Shown here in pieces: positions 47,815 to 57,467 of a stretch of 64,000 nucleotides of DNA (position 1 is the stretch's first letter; each line of letters starts with the position of its first letter). A program made the position numbers and the translations under genes. This DNA is from an uncultured virus (IMG/VR IMGVR_UViG_3300010365_001574) (taxonomy: Duplodnaviria > Heunggongvirae > Uroviricota > Caudoviricetes), in the IMG/VR virus record IMGVR_UViG_3300010365_001574; one strand, written 5' to 3'. The notes below the pieces were generated by a model, which worked only from the letters and a program-made list of their open reading frames with translations, had not been told where the DNA came from and did no database searches.

Positions 47815-49508
47815 TATATTGATGGTCCTGTTATTTCTATTTTAATACCTTTTGATTTTAATGAATCAAAAAATGGTTTTGTTTCTTTTGTTAGTAAGTC
47901 ACCTGAAACTCCAAGTTTTTTAAGACCAACAACACCTCTAATTGCATTTTGTAATTGTCTGATACTATCTAATGTATAAATAAGATGTAACTCTTCTAAA
48001 TTTTTAAATTTAGAAAAATTAGGAACTGTTTTATTATCACAACTTATAAGTCTTATCTTTTTAATATCTGGAGTATTTTTTGCAATATCAGTAAATATCT
48101 TATTATCAAATTTACATTTTTCAAATGCAATTGCAGAGTAAGATATTTTAGAAAATGGTTCCAATGAATCTAATTTCAAATACTTAAACTTAACCCATTC
48201 AAGTTCTAATTTAATATCTAAAAGATTTTCAGGTAATTCAGTAGTTTCAATAACCAACTCTTTAAGATTATTATTTGGTGAAATAATAAAACTACTCCAA
48301 TCATGTAAAGCAGAAAGTTCAAGACTTCTAACATTAGAACCTATTCTTTTTTTGTTTAGAATTAAATTCTCAATTCTATCATGGTATGGTCTTTCTATCT
48401 TATCATCACCTGAATCAATATCTGGTGCATAGATATATTTATAACCACTTGTAGTAGTTGCTTCTTTATTTGATGTATATCTCTCAACAATTTCTGGGAA
48501 AATATCTTGCATTCTATCAGGGTAAGCTCTATCAAAATATATTTTAATATCTTTGTTTTCATCAAGAGTTTCAATCTTTCTTAATTGCATTCTTGATAAT
48601 GGCATTACATCTGCTATTTTTTGATTCTCTTTATTATAAATTGGTGTATCAAAAAGTAAAAATGCAGGAATACTATTTGGATCAAATACATTTGCCAATA
48701 ACTGACTTCTACAAACTCCTGTATATAAATGTTGACAAGATGAATAAAATTTAGATATAGACATATTTAATATATCCATTGGATTATGTTTAATTGAAAG
48801 ATAAATATCTTTCTCAAATACCTCAACATCATATTTCCAATCATAATCTGAATTTGAGTCATCCTTTGCAGCACTTACATATTTTTGTAAATCACTATTA
48901 TTAAATAAATTATCAGTTAATATATCAGATTCTTTATACTTATCACCTAAATTACTTTCTAAATACTTACTAATCATTGAATTATAATCATCCATAGCAG
49001 AATTAATATTAACTAAGTTATTTGACAAAACTAATTCACCTGGAGTTTTTTCAACTCTAATCATATTTCCATCAGAATCTTTTATTGGTCTACCATTCTC
49101 ATCTTTAGAAATCATATTATTTGCCAATGTATCATTTACAGATATTTTTCTAAATACTGGATTGAAAATAAATACTAATTGGTCTAAAGTAGGTTTATTT
49201 ATATCAATTTCTTTTACATTTTCTGATGCTACCTCAGAAATAAAATTAACAAATGCTTGTGGTAAATTATCAAATAATTGAATTATCTCATCCATATCAC
49301 AATCCATAAAAGCAGAAAATACTGCCATCTTATCTTCATAGTTTAATTTCCATCTACCTTGTTCTATACTACTTGTAGGTTCTATCTCTTCATAATCTAA
49401 ATACTTCTCTCCCCATTTGGCAGCAACTGCCTTAGCCTGTGTAGGTAAAATAACATCTCTTAATCTTGCTTCATTAAGGAATTTGTTTCTATTTCTAATC
49501 CATTTCAT
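47814..49508 (-). CDS. Hypothetical protein with SIKHNPMD..YSSC domain and C-terminal LRR-like repeats
   Basis: Start MKWIRNRNKFLNEA at 49508; LKELVI/LEELHL repeats. Confidence 0.7.
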   Translation of the reverse strand: MKWIRNRNKFLNEARLRDVILPTQAKAVAAKWGEKYLDYEEIEPTSSIEQGRWKLNYEDKMAVFSAFMDCDMDEIIQLFDNLPQAFVNFISEVASENVKEIDINKPTLDQLVFIFNPVFRKISVNDTLANNMISKDENGRPIKDSDGNMIRVEKTPGELVLSNNLVNINSAMDDYNSMISKYLESNLGDKYKESDILTDNLFNNSDLQKYVSAAKDDSNSDYDWKYDVEVFEKDIYLSIKHNPMDILNMSISKFYSSCQHLYTGVCRSQLLANVFDPNSIPAFLLFDTPIYNKENQKIADVMPLSRMQLRKIETLDENKDIKIYFDRAYPDRMQDIFPEIVERYTSNKEATTTSGYKYIYAPDIDSGDDKIERPYHDRIENLILNKKRIGSNVRSLELSALHDWSSFIISPNNNLKELVIETTELPENLLDIKLELEWVKFKYLKLDSLEPFSKISYSAIAFEKCKFDNKIFTDIAKNTPDIKKIRLISCDNKTVPNFSKFKNLEELHLIYTLDSIRQLQNAIRGVVGLKKLGVSGDLLTKETKPFFDSLKSKGIKIEITGPSI

Positions 49509-49570
49509 ATATTTTAATATAAATTTATTTGTAGTGTATATATTAAAAATTTTTTCACTAAATTTGTACA

Positions 49571-49837
49571 ATGCTTAACCTTTTTAATAAAATACAAATT
49601 AAAAATATTCTTAACCAAAAAATAAAGGATAGAGAAATCATTAACTTCAAGTTAAGTGATGAAAAACTCTGTTTGTATATGTCAAGCAAAAAGAAAAATA
49701 AGAAGTATGATATTGACCTAAGTAAAGTATCTGGTAAAGAATTAATAACCATTCTTTATAAAACTATACCTAAAGATATTGATAATCATTTTAAAGTTGA
49801 AATGAGAAATGTCAAACTGAGAAAATTATTAAACTAA
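49571..49837 (+). CDS. Small protein ending in RNVKLRKLLN
   Basis: ORF track; TAAATTTG at 49559-49566 upstream. Confidence 0.65.
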   Translation: MLNLFNKIQIKNILNQKIKDREIINFKLSDEKLCLYMSSKKKNKKYDIDLSKVSGKELITILYKTIPKDIDNHFKVEMRNVKLRKLLN

Positions 49838-49872
49838 TCTATAACAAAACTATAAAATAATAAACTAAAAAT

Positions 49873-50334
49873 ATGATATTACAAATTGCTTTACTTGTCT
49901 CATTAGGTTGTTTATTCTTCCTAATAATATTATTACATATATTCTACTCAAAGAATGAATCTTTAAAGAAAGAACTTAGTGAAATAAAAGTCAAGAACAC
50001 TGAAATGGAAAAGTTCAATGATGATCTTATGTTAATTGAACCTGGAGATAAAGTTATTTATCCTGATTATGGACTTTGTTATAATCCAAAGACTGACAAA
50101 GAAGAAAGTTTCAAAGTTACTTATGAACTTGAAGTTTTAGATACATCTACTGATAAAGTAAAAGTTAGAGCTATTGATTTTACATCAACTGATGCAATTG
50201 GTAGAAATCCAAAGAATAAAGCAGGTATTATTGAGTTTATGAAAGACAAATGGGTAAATAAGAAAGAAATACAACTTGTTGTAGATGATTCTATTAAAAG
50301 AGATATTAAATTAAGAAAATTAGGAATTAATTAA
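49873..50334 (+). CDS. Membrane-anchored protein ending in RDIKLRKLGIN
   Basis: N-terminal hydrophobic helix; C-terminal motif. Confidence 0.7.
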   Translation: MILQIALLVSLGCLFFLIILLHIFYSKNESLKKELSEIKVKNTEMEKFNDDLMLIEPGDKVIYPDYGLCYNPKTDKEESFKVTYELEVLDTSTDKVKVRAIDFTSTDAIGRNPKNKAGIIEFMKDKWVNKKEIQLVVDDSIKRDIKLRKLGIN

Positions 50335-50669
50335 TGAAAGAGTTAGCAGAAATTGAAAGAACTTATATTAAAGATATTGTAGAGTTCTTTTGTAGAAAAT
50401 CATTGGAATTTTTCATAGGTAGAAAATCAGATTCATTTTCTAATGAGGTTACATCTTGGATAGAAAGTAAGATTAGAAAAAGATTACATGAAACAGGTTT
50501 AATAACTGACTATCGTATTGTTGTTAACTTTTACGATATTGCACAAACTAGAGACATGAAAATTGGCCAATTATTAGGAACATCTTCTGTTAAACCTAAA
50601 AATACTATTGAAGTTAGTGTAAAATATGGTAATAGAGATTTTGAAACTTTTGAATTTGAAATTACTTAA
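50334..50669 (+). CDS. Tail-sheath C-terminal-domain-like mini protein with internal RDMKIGQLL motif
   Basis: SLEFFIG..GLITDYRIVV..NTIEVSVKY..FETFEFEI resembles the gp18 C-terminal domain pattern. Confidence 0.5.
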   Translation: MKELAEIERTYIKDIVEFFCRKSLEFFIGRKSDSFSNEVTSWIESKIRKRLHETGLITDYRIVVNFYDIAQTRDMKIGQLLGTSSVKPKNTIEVSVKYGNRDFETFEFEIT

Positions 50670-51165
50670 TTCTTAAACTATAAAACTTGCTCTTATCAAA
50701 ATAAAACTCAATTTCAGTTGATGATATTTCTCTGATTAAAAAATCAGTTCTTTCTCCTATAATAATATCATTAACTGAATTATCTATAATTACTTCACAA
50801 TCTATATCAGTCAAAAAACTATTAAATATCTCAGTTGATGTAATTATAAAATTACTTGATGAAATATCTTTTAGTTCTTTCAAAATAACCTTCTTATTAT
50901 CTCTAAAAAACATTGTAAGTACATTTTTAGACATTTCTACTTCTCTGATATTAGATAGTGTCATGTTGGTAAATAACATTGTTCTAATAGAAGAAATATC
51001 AGTTATGTCTAACTGATATTTTTCTAAATTATATATCTCTTCTCTTATAGAAGATTGTACTTTACCATTCTTTTTAAATACTTCTCTTATACTAAAAGAA
51101 ACTGGATTACTATCAACTTTAATAAAGTTGAAAAACTTTTCTATTTCATTAGAAAGAAGTGTCAT
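50662..51165 (-). CDS. Hypothetical protein
   Basis: ORF track; weak capsid A-domain-like strands. Confidence 0.6.
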   Translation of the reverse strand: MTLLSNEIEKFFNFIKVDSNPVSFSIREVFKKNGKVQSSIREEIYNLEKYQLDITDISSIRTMLFTNMTLSNIREVEMSKNVLTMFFRDNKKVILKELKDISSSNFIITSTEIFNSFLTDIDCEVIIDNSVNDIIIGERTDFLIREISSTEIEFYFDKSKFYSLRIK

Positions 51166-51640
51166 AGTAATCTAAGATAATATTATTTTTATCAATTATA
51201 AATTGTAATTCATCTCTTCTTACTAATTGATACTCAAAGTGTCTACCTGTTTTGAAAAGAGTTCTGATAAATGGAATTTCATCACTATAGTTTACAGTCT
51301 TTTCATCAATCATTAAACAAAGTACTTTTTTATCATCTTCTGTATTATAATGTGTTACTATATCACCATTATCTTTATCTAAACCTTGTTTACCATAACA
51401 AATAAACTTTGTTTTCATTTTTTCACCACTTGGTGTATAATGAATAGTAATATCATCACCAATTTCAATATTTGGTTGTTCATCTTTTATATAAAGTCTT
51501 ATCCAAAAGAAAGTTTTTTGTTCTTCTACAATAGTATTGACTGCTTCATCACTTACTTTATCTGGTAAGTCAGTAGTATCAATAGTTTTTATTTGTTCAA
51601 CTATAGTATCTAAATAGTTCATTGTGCTTAAATTACTCAT
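51149..51640 (-). CDS. Hypothetical protein
   Basis: ORF track. Confidence 0.7.
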   Translation of the reverse strand: MSNLSTMNYLDTIVEQIKTIDTTDLPDKVSDEAVNTIVEEQKTFFWIRLYIKDEQPNIEIGDDITIHYTPSGEKMKTKFICYGKQGLDKDNGDIVTHYNTEDDKKVLCLMIDEKTVNYSDEIPFIRTLFKTGRHFEYQLVRRDELQFIIDKNNIILDYYDTSF

Positions 51641-51722
51641 TTTATTTTATTATTTATTTTTATATAAATTAATTATATTAAAGTTTTATTAAAGGGGAGA
51701 CCAAGAGTTTAATATATAAAGT

Positions 51723-52523
51723 ATGAAAACAGGAATATATAAAATAGAATGTAATGGTAAATATTACATTGGATCATCTAAGAATATTAATAAAAGATGG
51801 TTGAGACATATAAATGACTTAAAGAATAATAAACATGTAAATATTCATTTACAACGTGTCTTTAATAAATATGGAATTGAAAAATTTAATTTCTCAATTA
51901 TTGAGGAATGTAATGTAGAAACTCTTCTTATAAGAGAACAATACTACTTAGACTTAAATAAAAATGGATTTAATATAGGAAAAAATGCATCAGGTGGTGA
52001 TAATTTAACAAATAATCCTAATAAGGAAGATATTATATTAAAAATTAAAAATACAGTCAATTCCAAAATTGTTAATATGTCTGATGAAGAAAGAAAAGAA
52101 AAATGGAGTAGAGGATATGGTTCTGATAATCCAAATTATGGTAATACATGGTCAGAAGAAATGAAACTACATAATTCATCTATAAATAAAGGGAAAATAC
52201 CTTTTAATAAAGGAAAATCCAATATAGAATTATATGGAGACAAAAAAGCAAAAGAAATAAGTGAAATAATATCAAATAATGCAAAAGAAAGAATAGGTGA
52301 TAAAAATCCTTTTTTTGGTAGAAATCATACAGAAGAAAGTAAGAATAAAATAAGAGAAAAAAGATTAGGTAAAAAACCCACAAATAGAATAAAATTATCA
52401 GTAAATGATAAAGTATATCATTCGTATCAAGATGCATCAAATGAATTAGGATTACCAGTAGTAACCATTAGATGGAGATGTCTATCCAATAATCCTAAAT
52501 TCAGTAATTATTTTTTAATTTGA
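51723..52523 (+). CDS. GIY-YIG homing endonuclease (I-TevI-like) with NUMOD3
   Basis: GIYKI..YIGSS..RWLRH..HLQ..REQYY; NPFFGRNHTEESK. Confidence 0.9.
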   Translation: MKTGIYKIECNGKYYIGSSKNINKRWLRHINDLKNNKHVNIHLQRVFNKYGIEKFNFSIIEECNVETLLIREQYYLDLNKNGFNIGKNASGGDNLTNNPNKEDIILKIKNTVNSKIVNMSDEERKEKWSRGYGSDNPNYGNTWSEEMKLHNSSINKGKIPFNKGKSNIELYGDKKAKEISEIISNNAKERIGDKNPFFGRNHTEESKNKIREKRLGKKPTNRIKLSVNDKVYHSYQDASNELGLPVVTIRWRCLSNNPKFSNYFLI

Positions 52524-53618
52524 TAGCTCACCTTTAAGAGTTGGTGATGATTTATAACCAACTATCTTAAAGTCTTCATATTTTATATCATCAATTGATT
52601 TATTAGATAATTCCAATGTTGGTAAATTATATGTTTCTTGTTCTAATTGCTGCTTAACAACATCAACATGATTAAGATATATATGACAATCACCACCTGA
52701 AAATATTAAATCATTTGGAACCATATTAACTTCTCTTGCCAATAGATGTAATAGTAATGCATAAGATGTAATATTGAATGGTAATCCCAAAAATGAATCA
52801 ACTGACCTTTGAAACCATTTCAAATCCAATTTTCTCTTTGGAACATTCAATTCATCTAATTTCTTTTCATCAAAGTCATTACCATAACTAATGTGTTTGC
52901 CTAATGAACTACACCAGTGTTCTAATCTTTGTTCAAATGTCATTTCTGTAGTATAACATTGAAACCCAAAGTGACAAGGAGGTAAAGTCATATTTTCAAT
53001 TTCTGAAACATTCCAAGCATTAACCATAAGTCTTCTTGAGTCAGGATCATTTCTAAGGTCATTAATAAGATTAGCAATTTGGTCTATACCATATTTCTCT
53101 TCTTCTACATTATTAGAACCCCATTCCATATCACGTGAAATTGCCATACCAGCAGAAACACCTTCCCAATTTCTCCATTGAGCACCATAAACAGGACCTA
53201 AGTCACCCCATCTTTCATGAAACTCAGGGTCATTTCTCATATTATCAACAAATTGTTCTTTAGTCATAATCTCAATTGGTTGAAAATCACATTGCCAATT
53301 TTCTTTTCTTATTTTTTCTTCTGTAGAGAAAACATATCTCTCATAAGCTTTGTAAGCATCACCATTCCAGATGTTACAACCATTATCAACTAAGTATTTG
53401 ATATTGGTATCACCTTTCAAGAACCACATAAGTTCAATGATAACTGCTTTAGTGAACATTTTTTTGGAAGTAAGTAAAGGGAATCCTTCACTCATATTAA
53501 ATCTCATAGAGTAGTCAAATACAGATATTGTATCCACATCAGTTCTACTTTTTTTAATTTTTCCATTTTTTAGTATATGTCTTAAAAAATCAAGATATTG
53601 TTTATCTACATTATTCAT
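52515..53618 (-). CDS. thyA: Thymidylate synthase
   Basis: FPLLTSKK, ELMWFLKG, LGPVYGAQWR, SRR, LPPCH, QRSVDSFLGLPFN, GDCHIY; start at ATG 53618. Confidence 0.95.
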   Translation of the reverse strand: MNNVDKQYLDFLRHILKNGKIKKSRTDVDTISVFDYSMRFNMSEGFPLLTSKKMFTKAVIIELMWFLKGDTNIKYLVDNGCNIWNGDAYKAYERYVFSTEEKIRKENWQCDFQPIEIMTKEQFVDNMRNDPEFHERWGDLGPVYGAQWRNWEGVSAGMAISRDMEWGSNNVEEEKYGIDQIANLINDLRNDPDSRRLMVNAWNVSEIENMTLPPCHFGFQCYTTEMTFEQRLEHWCSSLGKHISYGNDFDEKKLDELNVPKRKLDLKWFQRSVDSFLGLPFNITSYALLLHLLAREVNMVPNDLIFSGGDCHIYLNHVDVVKQQLEQETYNLPTLELSNKSIDDIKYEDFKIVGYKSSPTLKGELSN

Positions 53619-53631
53619 TTTTTTATTTTTT

Positions 53632-54360
53632 TTATTTTTTATATTCCCACTTATAACCACCAGCAGTTTTATTTGGATCATTTAATGCATTCCATATAGC
53701 AATATTTAATATATTCTTTACCTCTGTTTGTGATTCCCACTCCTTAATAAAATCACCTGATTTAGTTAATTGATTTATTTTCTTAAATCCAATACCTTTT
53801 TTTGAATCACTCATTTTCTTCCTTGTTTCTTCTGAATATTTTATACCTATTCTGGAATCACTCATTTTCTTCCTTGTTTCTTCTGAAAAAAATCTATTAT
53901 ATGAAGATTCTGATATTTTTTTAATACTTTCTTCTGTATGACACCAACCTTCCTCTTTTTTTATTCTATTTATTTCTCTTAATTTTTCTTTCTTCTTTTC
54001 AAGTCTGTTATCTGCTTCTTCCTTACCATATTTATCTACCCAATATCCATATACACCACCTTCTCTTGCAAATATTGAATGTCCAGATTCTCTATCACCT
54101 TCTGCACCACCACTTGATATATTATATCCTATTTTTCTATTAGTACTATCAAATTCAGATATCCAATAAATCTCTTTATTATTCATATCTTCTATAGTTA
54201 GACATTCTTCTAATATTTCTTTCTTAAAATTTTCCTTACCATATTTTTTAATAGATTTCTTTATTAACTTACCACTACCAAAATAATAAGGATTATTATT
54301 TTTATCTTGTCCAATATAAATTTTGGAATTTATCAAATTAGTAATTTTATAGACTATCAT
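53632..54360 (-). CDS. GIY-YIG homing endonuclease (Seg-like)
   Basis: IVYKITN..YIGQ..YFGSG..GYNISSGG; SEETRKKMS repeats. Confidence 0.88.
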   Translation of the reverse strand: MIVYKITNLINSKIYIGQDKNNNPYYFGSGKLIKKSIKKYGKENFKKEILEECLTIEDMNNKEIYWISEFDSTNRKIGYNISSGGAEGDRESGHSIFAREGGVYGYWVDKYGKEEADNRLEKKKEKLREINRIKKEEGWCHTEESIKKISESSYNRFFSEETRKKMSDSRIGIKYSEETRKKMSDSKKGIGFKKINQLTKSGDFIKEWESQTEVKNILNIAIWNALNDPNKTAGGYKWEYKK

Positions 54361-54491
54361 AACATAATTATTTTATAGTATATATAAAATAATATGTTCT
54401 ATCTTTTTTATTTACTCCACTTTATAACAAAATTAGTTTCTTGTTATATGAATAATGGTAGATTTGTTTAATCATGTAACATGATTAATTA

Positions 54492-55070
54492 TTATTTATT
54501 AAACTCAACTATTTTTAATTCACTCAATGGTTTTCTTGGTTCATTAGAAATCAATTCATGTCTTTTACAACACTCTAAAATATATTTAGAATGTTCTATA
54601 TAATCTTTTTTAATTTTCAAAATTGAATTATTATTCTCTTCAACACCCTCTGGGTATCTTTCTTCTGCTCTTCCTAATGTTAAGTGCATACCAAAAAATG
54701 GATCTCTACTTAAACCCATTATTTCTCTAATACTTTCTGCTTCAGGACAATGAACTCTCAACCACCAGTGTTCACCACTTGAACATGGTTCAGTTTCAAC
54801 ATAGAAATCAATTTCTTTACCATCAAATAAATCAGTAAACTGGTTGAATGTTTTAGCATCCATTCTATCATTGATAAAGGTAATGTGAGTACCTCTCAAG
54901 TTTCTAACTAACTCAAGATTAAATCTTTTTTTCAAAAACCAAGCATAGTATTTATCTAAATCACAGTTAGTTCGGATCATAGCAACTTTCTTCCAAGATG
55001 CTTGACTTGCATGCTTCTTGGTTTTGTCCTCTGGACTGAAATCTAATATACCTCTTACTTTAAATACCAT
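54492..55070 (-). CDS. 2H phosphoesterase
   Basis: Two HxT motifs: THITFI and MHLTLG. Confidence 0.7.
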   Translation of the reverse strand: MVFKVRGILDFSPEDKTKKHASQASWKKVAMIRTNCDLDKYYAWFLKKRFNLELVRNLRGTHITFINDRMDAKTFNQFTDLFDGKEIDFYVETEPCSSGEHWWLRVHCPEAESIREIMGLSRDPFFGMHLTLGRAEERYPEGVEENNNSILKIKKDYIEHSKYILECCKRHELISNEPRKPLSELKIVEFNK

Positions 55071-55074
55071 ACTG

Positions 55075-55082
55075 CAAAGATA
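55075..55082 (-). promoter_or_regulatory. Bacteroidota -7 element TATCTTTG(CA)
   Basis: TAnnTTTG, 4 nt before the 2H gene ATG. Confidence 0.65.
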
Positions 55083-55113
55083 ATAAAATTATATATAAAA
55101 TAAAAATTAAATT

Positions 55114-55266
55114 ATGGATAAATCACAAAAAGAAAATGTTTCATTATTAAGAGAAAAGTTCCTTCTAAACTATTGTAAAAAGATGAATTGGAATCATAAT
55201 GAACTTTCAATTAATCAAATGTTGACCATAACCTCTCAAAAAGAGTATATTACTCCTAAACAATAA
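55114..55266 (+). CDS. 50-aa hypothetical protein (not in ORF track)
   Basis: MDKSQKENVSLLREKFLLNYCKKMNWNHNELSINQMLTITSQKEYITPKQ after a TATATA core. Confidence 0.55.
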   Translation: MDKSQKENVSLLREKFLLNYCKKMNWNHNELSINQMLTITSQKEYITPKQ

Positions 55267-55304
55267 GTTTTTTATTAATATAAATAAAAAATAATTAATT
55301 ATGA

Positions 55305-56039
55305 ATGAATACACATACTTTTACCTTTGTAATAGGGTATAGACACACATTAGAAAAATTCAATAATCTAAAGAGAACTCTTGATTGGATTAATGGATTT
55401 GCAGGAGTTGATGTAATAATTGTTGAACAAGATACACACTCAAAAATCTCACACTTACCTTTAAAAGCAAGACAAATTTTCCTAAAATCAAGTAAACCTT
55501 ATAATAAAGCTTGGGGATTTAATGTTGCCACAAAATTATCAAAATCAAATGTAATAGTATTTTCTGATTTAGGAATAATTATGGATCCTAATCAATTTAT
55601 CGAAGGACTTAAAGCAATAGAACAATATGATATGGTTAGTCCTTATAAAAAACAAATTGAACTTCAACAAAATGAATCAGGTTTACAACTACCAGATATT
55701 TTAAATATTGATAGATTTGGTAGAGAAAAATCAATATGTGAAAGCTTATGTATTTTCAGAAAAGATGCTATACAAAAAATAGGCGGCTGGTATGAAGAAC
55801 TTATAGGAAATGGTGAAGATGAATTTTTATCAAATAAAGTAAAACAATTTCTAAATTGGACTGAGTTTGAGCAAAAAGGTTATCAATTGTTTTATAATAG
55901 AGAAGCTCCTAATATGGCTCTACAACAAAGAAACTTACAATTACTTCAAACATTAAATAATCTATCTAAAGATGATTTAGTTAAATCAATAAATCTTAGT
56001 ATACCAAAAAATTCAATGGTTAATAAATATGACAACTAA
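55305..56039 (+). CDS. GT-A (GT2/GT7-like) glycosyltransferase, degenerate motifs
   Basis: IIVEQD, YNKAWGFN, FSDLG (DxD broken), IGGWYEE..GED. Confidence 0.75.
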   Translation: MNTHTFTFVIGYRHTLEKFNNLKRTLDWINGFAGVDVIIVEQDTHSKISHLPLKARQIFLKSSKPYNKAWGFNVATKLSKSNVIVFSDLGIIMDPNQFIEGLKAIEQYDMVSPYKKQIELQQNESGLQLPDILNIDRFGREKSICESLCIFRKDAIQKIGGWYEELIGNGEDEFLSNKVKQFLNWTEFEQKGYQLFYNREAPNMALQQRNLQLLQTLNNLSKDDLVKSINLSIPKNSMVNKYDN

Positions 56040-56790
56040 TTTTACTTATATAATACCTTTTAAATATACTGATGATCGATTACTTACTTTAATTAAAGTA
56101 TTAAAGAATATTAAAGAATCTAATATAAATTGTGAAGTAATAGTTATTGAACAAGGTTTAGAACCTATTCTACCAACAAAAAATGTAATCACTGATGAGA
56201 ATTACATTTTTATGAGTAATCCACTACCATTTAATAAATCTTGGAGTCTAAATGTTGCCTGGAAATCTGCAACTACTGATACTATAGTATTTGGTGATGC
56301 TGATAATCTAATTGATACTAAACATATATTATCTTCTATTGAAGAACTAAAAGATTATGATTTTGTTTCACCACATATCAGACTAGTTGACTTAGAACCT
56401 AATGAAAATAATTTAGATAATGATGAAATATTCAATATCAATAGACCTGGTAGAGGTGAGTTAGACCATCAAAAATTACCAATGTGTGGTGCAATGACTA
56501 TTTTTACAAAAGAAGCTTTAGAAAGAATAGGTGGTTGGCCAGAAGAGTTCTTTGGTTGGGGTGCAGAAGATGATGCAATGAGTATCAAAGTAAAACACTT
56601 CTTAAAATGGAAAGAAAATGATAATAATTGTTATCATTTATATCATAACAGAGTTCAACCCGAACAACAATGGTATTATAGAAATCTACAGATATACAAT
56701 AACTATCTAAATATAACTAAAGATAAATTACAAGAATATATTGATTCTGTTAAACCATTTATTGGAGATAAAAATAGAAAATTAACATAA
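56029..56790 (+). CDS. GT-A (GT2/GT7-like) glycosyltransferase
   Basis: FNKSWSLN, FGDAD, IGGWPEEFFGWGAEDD, HLYH. Confidence 0.88.
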   Translation: MTTNFTYIIPFKYTDDRLLTLIKVLKNIKESNINCEVIVIEQGLEPILPTKNVITDENYIFMSNPLPFNKSWSLNVAWKSATTDTIVFGDADNLIDTKHILSSIEELKDYDFVSPHIRLVDLEPNENNLDNDEIFNINRPGRGELDHQKLPMCGAMTIFTKEALERIGGWPEEFFGWGAEDDAMSIKVKHFLKWKENDNNCYHLYHNRVQPEQQWYYRNLQIYNNYLNITKDKLQEYIDSVKPFIGDKNRKLT

Positions 56791-57467
56791 TGATAACTAT
56801 ACTTTGGTGTACTATTAGACCAACACAATTTATGAATTTTCACCAGAAATGGTTAGAAAAAGCAGATAATAAAGAAAATATAAGAACTATTGTAGCAGTA
56901 AACTGGGAAGAGCATAAAGAGTTTCTTAAAGACTATCCAGTTGAAGTAGTTGTTGTAAATACTGATAAAATAGGAGTTTGTTATCCATCATATATTCTAA
57001 GTTCTACTTTAGAATGTGAAAATGACTCAGATGTTGTAGTTTTTGCATCAGATGACTTTTTACCACCTGATAGTTGGGACACTTATCTTATAAATAAGTT
57101 TAAAGAACAAGATGGATGTTTATTTGTACCAGATGGTTACCAATTAGAAAACTCTTCTAATATGATAGATCCTTGTATAACAATACCTCTTATGAGTTAT
57201 GGTTGTTTGAAAAAAATAAATAAAGTAATATATCATCCAGCATATAATCATATGTTCTCTGATTGTGAACTATTCTTAAATTGTAAAGAATTAGGATTAA
57301 TAATAAATGGATATCATGATGGAGTTCAATTCTTACATGTTCATCACTCAGCTGGATTAAGACAACCTGACCAAGCAGACCAACAATATCATTTAAAATG
57401 GCAAGTTGACCAAGAAACTTGGAATAAAAGGAAATTACTTCCTTTAGAAGAAAGATTAAAAGTATAA
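56790..57467 (+). CDS. GT2-like glycosyltransferase
   Basis: FASDDFLPP..WD..YHPAYNHMFSDCEL..HVHH. Confidence 0.7.
   Translation: MITILWCTIRPTQFMNFHQKWLEKADNKENIRTIVAVNWEEHKEFLKDYPVEVVVVNTDKIGVCYPSYILSSTLECENDSDVVVFASDDFLPPDSWDTYLINKFKEQDGCLFVPDGYQLENSSNMIDPCITIPLMSYGCLKKINKVIYHPAYNHMFSDCELFLNCKELGLIINGYHDGVQFLHVHHSAGLRQPDQADQQYHLKWQVDQETWNKRKLLPLEERLKV

Noticed and set aside
52515..57467. DNA hypermodification pathway (dCMP hydroxymethylase + glucosyltransferases)
   Set aside because: ThyA retains the dUMP-specifying Asn (GLPFN), and the glycosyltransferases are GT-A/GT7-like rather than T4 alpha/beta-glucosyltransferase type.
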